64,000 nt of DNA from Squalus acanthias (lineage: Eukaryota): assembly GCA_030390025.1 (NCBI GenBank), contig CM059433.1, positions 9,984,001-10,048,000 of the forward strand, read 5' to 3'. The notes below the pieces were generated by a model. It was not told the DNA's origin and ran no database searches. It saw nothing but the letters and a program-made list of their open reading frames with translations. Shown here piece by piece: positions 23,060 to 34,256 of this stretch. A program made the translations under genes and the position numbers. Every line of letters begins with the position of its first letter. Position 1 is the first letter of the stretch.

Positions 23060-24942
23060 AACATCCTTAGGATCATCCTGGAATGCAAAGATAACCCTCG
23101 ACTTCTCTTCGCCACTACCAACCATCTTCTTAAACCCCTCTCCCCTGCCTCCTCCACTCTCACCTCCAAAAACAAGTGCGAGGAGCTCATGGACTTCTTT
23201 GTCACTAAGATTGAGTCCATCTGTTCAACTGCCTCTGCCGCTTCCCTCCCTTCTCCTAACCCAAACTTCGCCGAGGGTTTCCCCCTGCCCTAGCCCAGAT
23301 CTTTCTCTGGTTTTTCTTCTGTCTCCCCTTATGCCCTCTCCGAGCTCATCTTGTCCATGAGACCCACTTCCTGCTCCCTTGACTCTATTCCCACCAAACT
23401 GCTGATCACACAACTTCCCTTCCTGGCCCCCATGTTCGTTGATATTGTTAATGGTTCCCTCTCCTCAGGAACTGTCCCCCTCCCCTTCAAATCTGCCGTC
23501 ATCACCCCTCTCCTCAAAAAAACACCCTTAGCCCCTCTATCCTTGCAAACTACCACCCCATCTCCAACCTCCCTTTCCTCTCCAAAGTCCCAGAACGTGC
23601 AGACGCCTCCCAAATCCGTGCCCATCTTTCCCGGAACTCCATGTTTGAATCCCTCCAATCGGGTTTCTTCCTTGGCCACAGCACTGAAACAGCCCTTATC
23701 AAAGTCACAAATGACATCCTATGTGACTGTGACCATGGTAAACTATCCCTCTCTCGTCCTTCTCGACCTGTCTGCAGCGTTTGACACTGTTAACCACACC
23801 ATCCTCCTCCAACACCTGTCCACCATCGTCCAGCTCAGTAGGACTCCCTCACCTGGTTCCATTCTTATCTATCTAATCATAGCCAGAGAATCACCTGCAA
23901 CGGCTTCTCTTCCCGCTCCTGCATCATTACCTCTGGGGTCCCGCAAGGATCTATCCTTGGCCCCCTCCTATTTCTCATCTACATGCTGCCCCTTGGCGAC
24001 ATCATCCAAAAACACAACGTTAGGTTCCACATGTACGCTGATGACACCCAGCTCTCTCTCACCACCATCTTTCTCGACCCATCCACTGTCTCTGATTTGT
24101 CACATTGCTTGTCCGACGTGAGCAGAAATTTCCTCCAACTAAACATTGGGAAGACCAAAGACATTGGGCTGGATTTTCATTGACCCGTGGGGGCGGGTTT
24201 GGAGGCGTGTGGGGGGTTAAAATTGTGAAAACTGGCGGGCGGGCACAAGTCCGCCTCCATCCCGCCTCCACGCAATTTTCATTAAATCGTGTCTACTGGT
24301 CCCGACTCCGTCCCGCCTCTAAGAGGCGGGATAGGCTGTTAAGGCCCTTAACAAGCACTAAATTGCCTCTATAATGCCATTTTGAAAGGCCTTTGTGATT
24401 TTAACCCTTGTTCTACGTGAAGCACGCCTGTTCTGAACCACGAATGTGAAACCTGACGGTAACACATTTCGAAAGCTTACTATTAGCTGCAGGTCCACTA
24501 TTACAACGTAGTAGTAGGAGGAAAAATATCTGGGAGCAGACCTAGGGCTGCTGCTGCTCATTTTGCCTTCAGGTCCTCTCACAGCAAAGGCCAGGCAGTC
24601 TCTGAAGACCTTCAATGCAGCAGTAATGATGACATCATCAGAGGCGACTTTCAGACTGAAAACACTAATTGGGTCATGGGTTCCCACATGCTGGAACTCA
24701 ATTGCCCAATTAGGTGAAAATCGCATCAATCTCCCACATCCAATTGCAGTCGGGTGGATAACACGAAAAGTGGATGACACGACCCCAACCCGCCCCAGTA
24801 TCAAAATCCAGCCCATTGTCTTCGGTCCCTGCCACAAATTCCATTCCCTAGTCACCGACTCCATCCATCTCCCTGACAACTGTCTGAGGCTGAACCAGAT
24901 CATCCTCAGACCATTGGTGTCGTAACTGACCTCGAAATTAGC
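23060..24942 (+). mobile_element. L2 LINE RT region, frameshifted, interrupted by a MITE
   Basis: CSLDSIPTKLL, VLLDLSAAFDTVNH, MYADDTQL motifs. Confidence 0.9.
24166..24814. mobile_element. PIF/Harbinger-type MITE
   Basis: Perfect 12-bp TIR gggctggatttt / aaaatccagccc; 3-bp TSD ATT, supported by the empty site in the L2 copy near 56520 (gccattgtctttgg). Confidence 0.9.
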
Positions 24943-25150
24943 ATCTGCACTGATGTGACTGATTGTACAATCTGCACTGATCTGAATGATTGTACAATCT
25001 GCACTGATCTGAATGATTGTACAATCTGCACTGATCTGAATGATTGTACAATCTGCACTGATCTGAATGATTGTACAATCTGCACTGATCTGAATGATTG
25101 TACAATCTGCACTGATCTGAATGATTGTACAATCTGCACTGATCTGAATG
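24943..25150. repeat. 27-bp minisatellite, about 7.7 units
   Basis: Unit atctgcactgatctgaatgattgtaca; perfect except the first unit. Confidence 0.97.
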
Positions 25151-26665
25151 TCCTTACAGTCTTTAAAGAAGGGATGTGAGAGTGATGATGCAAATTATAG
25201 ATGGCAACTGTTTTCTTCCCTTGATACTGTCCTCTCAAAAATTGGCAATATTACTGTTGGATGTGCCTGTGTTGTATAAGATGTATGAAACAACAAAATG
25301 TCTGCAAACCTTTTTAAGCCTGTGCTGGGATTGGCCCTTATGAAATGACTTGATCTGTTTGTATCCCTGTGGTAGTGTGAGCGCCATTGTGTTTGCCTTG
25401 TGCACGAGTTTGGAAATATGGCACTCGAGTCATGGCTTCAGCTCATAGCCTATGTCACTTTAGGGAGAGAGAGAAATTGTTAATTAAGGAAAAAAAGGTA
25501 ATGATTTTCTCTTATGTAGTCACCGCCCATTAATCGACTCTGCAATAAGCTTGTTCTTAGTCCCCAAACTGGCAAGGATAAATGTGTTGTGGGTGCTGCC
25601 TGGGTAATTGGCACGCACACAGTCATGATGATATTCTTGGCATCGTACACTACCTGAACATTAACAGACTTGTAGCCTTGCCTAGACTTTCAGTTTAGCG
25701 TTTTGTCAGCGGGTGCACAGATGGGTTGTCTTGGCGCAGTCAGTGGAACCCAAGACCGTGGAAACTCAGCAGTGGAAAAGAATGTCTCTCTGGTATTCTG
25801 TCACTCCTACGGGGACACTGGGAAGCTGGTGCAATGATGTGTTCTCCTGAGCAAAGCAGAAATTACTTTCAACATTAGTGACTGGTGCCCACAGCTGCTC
25901 CAGCAGAGTCTGAAAAGAACTGGCATCATGTTAGATGAAGACAGCAATTACCTTCACTGGCTTTGGGAGGGTGTAATTTAGTCTCCAAATCCTCTTTTCA
26001 ACTTGTCACACATGTCATATGGCATTTTCTTGCTAAAATCTAATTCTCCAAAAAACAGTGGGTGTCAGACCAGTCAGTAAAACGAATGCACAATCTGTGA
26101 ATACTAACAGGTGCATCTTTTTTCCTTGGCTTAATAGCACGCTCGCACTTCCAAAAGTCATCAGCCATGCTGCATTAGGCATAAAGTTAACACTGGCCGT
26201 CATTTCTACTCTGCAGAGAGGGGTAGAAACTGGTGGGAAAAGCAGAAAATTAAGGATTCTGTGAATCCATTTGTAATCTGTGGTAAAATGTTTGATTTAC
26301 ACAGACCTGCGCTGAAGCACAAATGTATAGATTTCAGAAGCTCACTGACAACAGTAAACAGCACAAAACATCTCAGAATTTGGCATCCAATAGCAAATGT
26401 ATCAAATAAGGTCAGATAGAACTTCACCCCGAGCTTCACTTGTGCAACTCACAGGTTTTACAAAAGGTGTAACTGTGTGGTGGTGACTCTGTTTTGTTTG
26501 GATGGATATATCATACAGGAAGACAGCATGGCAATATTATGTGAGGACTCAGATGGAATTAAACTCATCACTGATTTAGAGCAAAAAATTGTTGTTTAAG
26601 GCTCCACACTTCACTCATACTGTGGATGATGTAAAGCTCAATAATTCAGCGGTATTCCAAGATTA

Positions 26666-27075
26666 AAGAAAGAAAGAAAGACTTACATTTATATAGCGCC
26701 TTTCACGACCACCGGACGTCTCAAAGCGCTTTACAGCCAATTAAGTACTTTTGAAGTGTAGTCACTGTTGTAATGTGGGAAACACGGCAGCCAATTTGCG
26801 CACAGCAAGCTCTCACAAACAGCAATGTGATAATGACCAGATAATCTGTTTTTGTTATGTTGATTGAGGGATAATTATTGGCCAGGACACCGGGGATAAC
26901 TCCTCTGCTCTTCTTCGAAAGAATGCCGTGGGATCTTTTACGTCCACCTTAGAGAGCAGAGGAGGCCTCGGTTTAACGTCTCATCCGAAAGACAGCACCT
27001 CCGACAGTGCAGCACTCCCTCCGCACTGCACTGGAGTGTCAGCCTAGCTTTATGTGCTCAAGTCCCTGGAGTGGT
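26666..27075 (-). mobile_element. SacSINE1-like Deu-domain SINE
   Basis: Homologous to 38782-39415 and 60410-60883; L2-like tail ggcgctatataaatg…(TTTC)n. Confidence 0.9.
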
Positions 27076-27854
27076 CACTAATTTGTGACTGGGTGACACA
27101 GGTAAATGTGATATATTATTATTATTCTATATTATAGGACCGCCACAGGTGGCACTATGCTTGTATAGACTAGCAATGCAGCTTTCTGCATCTCTGCCCT
27201 ATATGGACCAGAGGAAAGGTCCAACAGCCAGAAATAAATGTCACGCTCTTGATATGAAATATCGCACGTGTGAAACCTATATCTGTAAAATTTAGCTCAC
27301 TTGTTTCTCCCTTGCTGTCAGTGCTGTGGAGTGTGCCCAACCTTGTACATGGAGCGGATTCCACAGCACTGGGAGCCCAACTTATTACACAGCCACGTCT
27401 ACTGGAAGCGGTGGCTCCGTAACGCAAAAAGGGGGCATCAGCCGCCCAAAGTCACCAGCTATGTGGACGCCCTTGTGAAACAGAGCCAATGATTCACAGC
27501 TGGTTTCGAATGGGCACCAGGAGATTAAGAGGTTTTATTCTGAGCTGAATGAAGTGCTGAGAACTGGCAAGTGTAATGCAAACCAGCTGCAACCCTGTGC
27601 AAATGGCAATTTGCAGCTGCAGTAGAAAGAAGAGCTTTAGGGCTTGATTTTCTGGAAGGTTGCACCAAGACAATTGGGATTATTTTGATCTCTTTTCAAT
27701 GCGTTCTCTATTTCTTATACTGTTTACATTTGTAGACTCGTTTTTGAAGTTCCTTCGACTTTAAGTGCATGTCGCTTCAGACCCGCCTTGAGGATCTCAT
27801 GGGGACCACAAATGCAGGATTGCATCAAAAAAAAAACCATCACCATAAATTAGA

Positions 27855-28034
27855 AACCAAAACTTTGTGCGATGGCGTAAAACAGGTGATAGTGAGTCGG
27901 CAGTCCGTTTTATATCCCTCCCCATTTTTGTTTGCATTGACGTCATTGGAAATGAAAATCAGGAGAGATGTACAATGGGCTGCCGACTCGCTATCACCCG
28001 TTTTACACTATCGCGCAAAGTCAAGATCTGCCCC
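27855..28034. mobile_element. Short palindromic MITE
   Basis: ctttgtgcgatggcgtaaaacaggtgatagtgagtcggcag pairs with ctgccgactcgctatcacccgttttacactatcgcgcaaag; related copy at 62450-62576. Confidence 0.75.
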
Positions 28035-29044
28035 TTATTGTGATCGAGATGGTCGACAGGTGGCATGCAATAGGCTATATAAAACTTTTGAGATGCATCC
28101 ATCACGGCAAATTTCAGTGGCATGTTTTTTTTTCAAGTGCAAAAGGTTAGAGAAAGAAAGCTAGTCTTTCTCTGCTGCTTTCGGAGGAGAATCCCCCTGC
28201 AACAGAAAATACCCTCCACTTGACTTCATAGGAACAGGAGTAGGCCATTTAGCCCCCTCGAGCCTGTTTCACCATTCAACGAGATCGTGGCTGATCTGTG
28301 ACCGAACTCCTTTTACCCGCCTTTGCCCCATATCCTTTAATATCTTTGGTTAACAAAAGTCTATCAATCTCAGATTTAAAATTAACAATTGACCTACCAT
28401 TAATTGCCATTTGCGGAAGAGAGTTCCAAACTTCTACCTAACTTTGTGTGTAGAAGTGTTTCCTAACTTCACTCCTGAAAGGCCTGGCTCTAACTTTTAG
28501 GCTATGTCCTAGACTCCCCAACTAGCAGAAATAGTTTCTCTCTATCTACCCCATCAGTTCCCCTTAATATCTTGAAAACGGCGATCAAATCACCCCTTAA
28601 CCTTCTAAATTCTAGGGAATACAACCCTAGTTTGTGTAAGCTCTCCTTGTAATTTAACCCTTGGAGTGCAGGTATCATTCTGTTAAATCTATGCTTCTCT
28701 CCCTCCAAGTCCAATATATCCTTCCAAAAGTGTGGTGCTCAGAACTGAACACAGTACTCCAGGTGTGGTCTAACTAGGGTTTTGTATAGCTGCAGCACAA
28801 CTTCTACCCCCTTGTATTCTAGTCCTCTTGATATAAAGGCTGGCATTCCATTAAACTTTTTAATTATTTTCTGTACTTGTCCATGAAATTTTAACAATCT
28901 ATGTACATGGACTCCTAAGTCTCTTTGGGCCTCCACTGTTTCTAGCTTTGTTCTATCCTTTTTAGGTCCAAAGTGGATAACCTCACACTTGCCTATATTG
29001 AAATCCATTTGCCACAGTTTTGCCCATTCACTTAATCTATTAAT

Positions 29045-29788
29045 GGCCCAGAAATTGATCTCGCTCTGTTCCCGCGGGGGTAAGGAGCAGGCGCGATCTC
29101 TCACTCCGCGTTGGCTTTTTCAGATCCAGCTCGCACGAACTTGATGTTCCAGACATCAGCTGGGCAGTACTTGCGTATCCCACCGGTGTAGTGAATTCGT
29201 GCGAGCTGTGGGATCACGTGACTCAGTTAGAGCCAATGGCAGCACACCATCTTCCATTCATAAGTTTCACTTACGTGCTGTGAAAGCTATGAATCTTACA
29301 CCCCCCCAAAATAACAGCTAAACCTCAATTAAATTTTTTTTAAAAACCATCACATTAATAAAATAAGTATAGTTAAATAAATTAACCATTTTAAATAAAA
29401 AATTAAATTTTTGAAAAAATTTAAAATCCTTTAAAAAGTTATAAAAATAAACTTACCTGTCTTTAAAGTCTCTAAAAAAGATATACCTGTTAAAAAAAAT
29501 TCAAAAAAATACTTAATTCACTACTTACCTTGTTAAAAGTGGGTCTTACTCCTCCTTTTTCCATTTCTAAAATCTTCCGTCCTTACCTGCGCGTCCAAAG
29601 CACGAAGTGCACAGCGTGCGCGCAGCCTGTAGCGCGCACGCGATGCACCGAGGAACCGCCCCCTTTTCCAAAGACCAAGTGCCGGTTTTCAGCGCATGCG
29701 CAGGAAATGCAGAAAACCGGCAATTGGAGAGAGAATACGCGAGAGTACGCAGTGCGTACTCTCGCGCAGCGGGATCAATTTTTGGCCC
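29045..29788. mobile_element. PIF/Harbinger-type MITE with AT-rich core
   Basis: TIRs ggcccagaaattgatc / gatcaatttttggccc; 3-bp TSD AAT (29042-29044, 29789-29791). Confidence 0.85.
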
Positions 29789-29846
29789 AATATCTCTTTG
29801 TAATGTTATGCTTCCATCTGCTCTGCTTACAATGCCGCCTATCTTT

Positions 29847-30219
29847 GGAGGGGGAGGGCGAACAGCCAGTTGTCGTGGTGCACATAGGCATCAACGATAT
29901 CGGTAAAAAACGGGATGAGGTCCTAAAAGCAGAATATAGGGAGTTAGGATGTAAATTAAAAAAGAGGACCTCAAAGGTAGTAATCTCAGGATTGCTACCA
30001 GTGCCACGTGCTAGTCTGAGTAGAAATAGGAGGATATTTCAAATGAATACGTGGCTAGAGGAATGGTGCAAGGGGGAGGGATTCAAATTCCTTGGACATT
30101 GGAACCGGTTCTGGGGGAGGTGGGACCAGTACAAACGGGACGGTCTGCACCTGGGCAGGGCCGGGACCGATGTCCTAGGGGGAGTGTTTGCTAGTGCTGT
30201 TGGGGAGGGTTTAAACTAA
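29847..30219 (+). CDS. CR1 ORF1 C-terminal SGNH/GDSL esterase domain (5'-truncated)
   Basis: VVVHIGINDIG (block III GxND), VVISGLLPVPR, KRDGLHL (block V DxxH). Confidence 0.85.
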
Positions 30220-30341
30220 AGTGGCAGGGGGTTGGGAACCTGAGCAGGGAGACAGAGGAAAGGGAAATAAGGATAAAAGCTAAAGACAGGAAGGAGAAAA
30301 ACAAAAGTAGAAGGCAAAGAACTCAACGGTTTAAATCAAAC

Positions 30342-33203
30342 ATGGTCACAGTAAATAATAATTCATATAGGTCTGAGAGCGTTAAAAAAACAAGCCTGAA
30401 GGCTTTGTGTCTTAATGCAAGGAGCATTCGGAACAAGGTGGATGAATTAGCTGCGCAAATAGAGGTAAATGAATACGATTTGATTGGGATTACAGAAACA
30501 TGGCTCCAGGGTGGCCAAGGCTGGGAACTCAACATCCAGGGTTATTCAATATTTAGGAAAGATAGGCAAAAAAGAAAGGGAGGTGGGGTAGCATTGCTGG
30601 TTAAAGAGGGGATTAACACAATTGAAAGGAAGGATATTAGCTCTGATAATGTGGAATCTGTATGGGTAGAACTGAGAAATAACAAGGGGCAGAAAACGTT
30701 AGTGGGAGTGGTATATAGACCTCCAAACAGTAATACGGAGGTTGGGGACGGCATTAAAAGGGAAATTAGAGAAGCATGCAGTAAGAGCACAGCAGTCATC
30801 ATGGGTGACTTTAATTTATATATAGATTGGGCTAACCAAATTAGTAAAAATACTGTGGAGGAGGAATTCCTAGAATGTTTACGAGATGGTTTTCTGGAAC
30901 AATATGTCGAGGAACCAACCAGAGATCAGGCCATCTTAGACTGGGTATTATGCAACGAGAAAGGATTAATTAGCAATCTTGTTGTACGAGGCCCCTTGGG
31001 TCAGAGTGATCATAATATGATAGAATTCTTCATTAGGATGGAGAGTGAAGTAGTTGAATCAGAGACTAGGGTCCTGAATTTAAATAAAGGAAACTACGAT
31101 GGTATGAGACGCGAATTGGGTAGGATTGATTGGGGAATGTCACTCAAGGGGTTGACGGTGGATAGGCAATGGCAAACATTCAAAGACTGCATGGATGAAC
31201 TACAGAATTTGTACATCCCAGTGTGGCATAAGAATAAAACAAAAAGGGTGACTCAACCGTGGCTAACAAGGGAAATTAGGGATAGCATAAGATCCAAGGA
31301 GAGGGCATATAAATTGGCCAGAAATAGCGGTAGCCCTGAGGATTGGGAGCAGTTTAGGATTCAACAAAGGAGGACAAAGGGATTAATTAAGAAGGGGAAA
31401 ATAGAATATGAAAGTAAGCTTGCTGGGAACATAAAAACTGACTGTAAGACCTTTTATAGATATGTGAAGAGAAAAAGATTAGTGAAATCAAGTGTAGGTC
31501 CCTTGCAGTCAGAAGCGGGGGAAGTTATAATGGGGAACAAAGAAATGGCAGCCCAATTAAATGCATATTTTGGTTCTGTCTTCACAAAGGAGGACACAAA
31601 TAACCTCCCAGAGATGTTGGAGAACATACGGTTTGATGAAAGGGAGGAACTGAAAGAAATCAGTATTTGCAGGGAAATGGTGTTAGGGAAATTGACGGTA
31701 TTGAAGGCCGATAAATCCCCAGGGCCTGATAATCTACATCCTAGGATACTTAAGGAAGTGGCCCTAGAAATAGTAGATGCATTGCTGATCATCTTCCAAC
31801 ATTCGATGGAATCTGGAACTGTACCCATGGATTGGAGGGTAGCTAATGTTACCCCACTATTCAAAAAGGGTGGTAGAGAGAAAGCGGGGAATTACAGACC
31901 GGTAAGCCTGACATCGGTAGTGGGGAAAATGCTAGAGTCCATTATAAAGGATGTAATAGCTGAGCATTTGAAAAACAGTGACAGGATCGGACAAAGTCAA
32001 CATGGATTTACAAAAGGTAAATCGTGCTTGACTAATCTACTGGAATTTTTTGAGGATGTAACTGGGAAAATAGATAAGGGAGAACCAGTAGATGTGGTGT
32101 ATTTGGACTTTCAAAAGGCTTTCGATAAGGTCCCGCATAAGAGATTATCGGGTAAAGTTAAGGCACATGGGATTGGGGGCAAGGTATTGACTTGGATAGA
32201 GAACTGGTTGGCGGACAGAAAGCAGAGAGTAGGACTTAATGGGTCTTTTTCCAAGTGGCAAGCAGTGACTAGTGGGGTACCGCAGGGATCGGTCCTTGGA
32301 CCCCAGCTATTCACAATATACATTAATGATCTAGATAAGGGAATTAAATGTAATATCTCCAAGTTTGCAGATGACACAAAGCTGGGTGGGAGTGTGTGCA
32401 GTGAGGAGGATAGCAAGAAACTCCAGGATGATCTGGACAGGTTGGGTGAGTGGGCAGAAGCGTGGCAGATGCAATATAACGTGGATAAGTGCGAGGTTAT
32501 CCACTTTGGTGTCAAAAACAGAAAGGCAGACTATTATCTGAATGGCAATAGATTGGGAGAAGGGGAAGTGCAACGAGACCTGGGTGTCCTTGTGCACCAG
32601 TCGCTGAAAGTAAGCATGCAGGTGCAGCAGGCGGTGAAAAAGGCAAATGGTATGTTGGCCTTCATAGCAAAACGGTTTGAGTATAGGAACAGGGATGTCC
32701 TGCTGCAGTTGTACAGGGCCTTGGTGAGACCACACCTTGAGTACTGTGTGCAGTTTTGGTCGCCCTATCTGAGGAAGGATGTTCTTGCCATGGAAGGAGT
32801 TCAGCGAAGATTCACAAGGCTGATACCTGGGATGGCAGGAATGACATATGAGGAGAGATTGGGTCGATTGGGCTTATACTCACTGGAGTATAGAAGAATG
32901 AGAGGGGATCTCATCGAATCATATAAAATTCTGACAGGTCTGGACAAACTAGATGCAGGAAGAATGTTCCCGATGGTCGGAGAGTCCAGAACCAGGGGTC
33001 ATAATCTACGGAAAACGGGTAAACCATTTAGGACAGAAATGAGGAAGAATTTCTTCACCCAGAGAGTGGTGAACATGTGGAATTCTCTACCACAGAAGGT
33101 AGTTGAGGCCAAGTCATTAAATATATTCAAGAATGAGTTAGATATATTTCTTAAAGCTAAAGGTATCAAGGGATATGGGGAGAAGGCAGGTACAGGGTAC
33201 TGA
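30342..33203 (+). CDS. CR1 ORF2: APE endonuclease + reverse transcriptase, 953 aa, uninterrupted
   Basis: NARS, GITETWL, MGDFN, ILDWV and SDHN (APE); YLDFQKAFD, GVPQGSVLGP, FADD and LGV (RT); CR1 C-terminus RRMRGDLIE…RTRGH…FFTQRVV. Confidence 0.97.
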   Translation: MVTVNNNSYRSESVKKTSLKALCLNARSIRNKVDELAAQIEVNEYDLIGITETWLQGGQGWELNIQGYSIFRKDRQKRKGGGVALLVKEGINTIERKDISSDNVESVWVELRNNKGQKTLVGVVYRPPNSNTEVGDGIKREIREACSKSTAVIMGDFNLYIDWANQISKNTVEEEFLECLRDGFLEQYVEEPTRDQAILDWVLCNEKGLISNLVVRGPLGQSDHNMIEFFIRMESEVVESETRVLNLNKGNYDGMRRELGRIDWGMSLKGLTVDRQWQTFKDCMDELQNLYIPVWHKNKTKRVTQPWLTREIRDSIRSKERAYKLARNSGSPEDWEQFRIQQRRTKGLIKKGKIEYESKLAGNIKTDCKTFYRYVKRKRLVKSSVGPLQSEAGEVIMGNKEMAAQLNAYFGSVFTKEDTNNLPEMLENIRFDEREELKEISICREMVLGKLTVLKADKSPGPDNLHPRILKEVALEIVDALLIIFQHSMESGTVPMDWRVANVTPLFKKGGREKAGNYRPVSLTSVVGKMLESIIKDVIAEHLKNSDRIGQSQHGFTKGKSCLTNLLEFFEDVTGKIDKGEPVDVVYLDFQKAFDKVPHKRLSGKVKAHGIGGKVLTWIENWLADRKQRVGLNGSFSKWQAVTSGVPQGSVLGPQLFTIYINDLDKGIKCNISKFADDTKLGGSVCSEEDSKKLQDDLDRLGEWAEAWQMQYNVDKCEVIHFGVKNRKADYYLNGNRLGEGEVQRDLGVLVHQSLKVSMQVQQAVKKANGMLAFIAKRFEYRNRDVLLQLYRALVRPHLEYCVQFWSPYLRKDVLAMEGVQRRFTRLIPGMAGMTYEERLGRLGLYSLEYRRMRGDLIESYKILTGLDKLDAGRMFPMVGESRTRGHNLRKTGKPFRTEMRKNFFTQRVVNMWNSLPQKVVEAKSLNIFKNELDIFLKAKGIKGYGEKAGTGY

Positions 33204-34256
33204 GTTTAGATGATCCGCCATGATCTCATCGAATGGCGGAGCAGGCTCGAGGGGCCGAATGGCCTACTCCTGCTCCTATCTCCTATCTTCTATCTTTGCG
33301 TCATCGGCAAACTTGGATTTGTATCTCTCTATCGATTCATCTAAGTCGTTAATAAATATGGTGAATAGGTGATGCCCCAACATAGATCCTTGTGGGACGC
33401 CACAAGTCACATCCTGCCCATTAGAGTACCTGCCCATTATCACTACTCTCTGTCTCCTATTACTTAGCCAATTTTCTAATCAGGTCAATAATCTGCCTTC
33501 AATTCCATGAGCTTCAACTTTAGCTAACAGTCTCTTATGTGGGACTTTATCGAATGCCTTCTAGAAGTCCATATAAATAACATCCATAGACATTCCCCTG
33601 TCCACTACTTTAGTCACCTCTTCAAAAAATCCAATCAGGTTCATCAGGCATGACCTGCCCTTTACAAATCCGTGCTGGTTCTCTCTGATCAGCTGAAAAT
33701 TTTCAAGGTGTTCAGTTTCTCTATCCTTAATTATAGACTCTAGTAATTTCCTGACAACAGATGTTAGGCTAACTGGTCTATAATTCCCTGGTTTCTCTCT
33801 CTCACCTTTCTTAAATAGCGGAGTGACATGTGCAATTTTCCAATCTAAAGGAATGGTTCCTGAATCGAGAGAACTTTGGAAGATTATAGTTAGGGCATCT
33901 GTAAAGTTCTCACCTACTTCCTTTAAAACCCATGGATGGAAACCATCAGGTCCTAGGAATTTGTCACTCTTTCGTGCCATTATTTTCTTCATTACTGTCA
34001 TTTTGCTTATGTTAATTTTGGTGAGTCACCATCCCTGATTCAATATTAGTTTCCTTGGGATATCCGGCATGCTATCCTCTTCCATCCTGTAAATAATGAC
34101 GCTTATGTTCCTATGTTCCTATACGTTACGGAGCTGCTTCCAGCAGAAGTGGCTTCATAATACACTGGGGCTCCCAGTCCAGTTCAATCTGCTCCATTGG
34201 CTCTGTGGGGTGGATTCCACAGCACCAACAGCAATGTAGAGATAACTGAGTATGTG

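Larger units (their letters stand above)
20615..23060 (-). mobile_element. CR1 3' fragment split by a 2.1-kb composite insertion (20870-22950)
   Basis: …gaattccctattggattta (20869) resumes as ttattagtgactagcttatatttatggcctctagttttggtctccccc (22951). Confidence 0.75.
29847..33289 (+). mobile_element. Young CR1 LINE (HER1-like), 5'-truncated in ORF1, intact ORF2
   Basis: Flanked by ctatcttt (29839-29846, 33290-33297); ORF1 3' part, spacer, full ORF2 and 3' hairpin/tail. Confidence 0.97.
28226..34100 (-). mobile_element. Older CR1 (RT + 3' end), host to a nested MITE and a young CR1
   Basis: Pieces 28226-29044, 29789-29846 and 33298-34100 rejoin into a continuous RT reading (SKFADDAKIGGIVSRADGSITLQRDINRLSEWAKLWQM). 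Confidence 0.9.

Noticed and set aside
24943..25150. Regular direct repeats as a CRISPR array or Cys-rich repeat protein
   Set aside because: Units are contiguous with no unique spacers, the context is eukaryotic, and the ORFs are a by-product of the 27-bp unit.
27322..27492. Apparent acceptor plus ORF (…MERIPQHWEPNLLHSHVYWKRW…)
   Set aside because: The inverted paralog at 34124-34250 does not preserve the frame or the AG, so it is treated as a non-coding duplication.
29530..29846. N-terminal 105 aa of the 229-aa ORF as part of CR1 ORF1 or a novel fusion
   Set aside because: It is read-through from MITE and antisense old-CR1 sequence upstream of the insertion junction at 29847.
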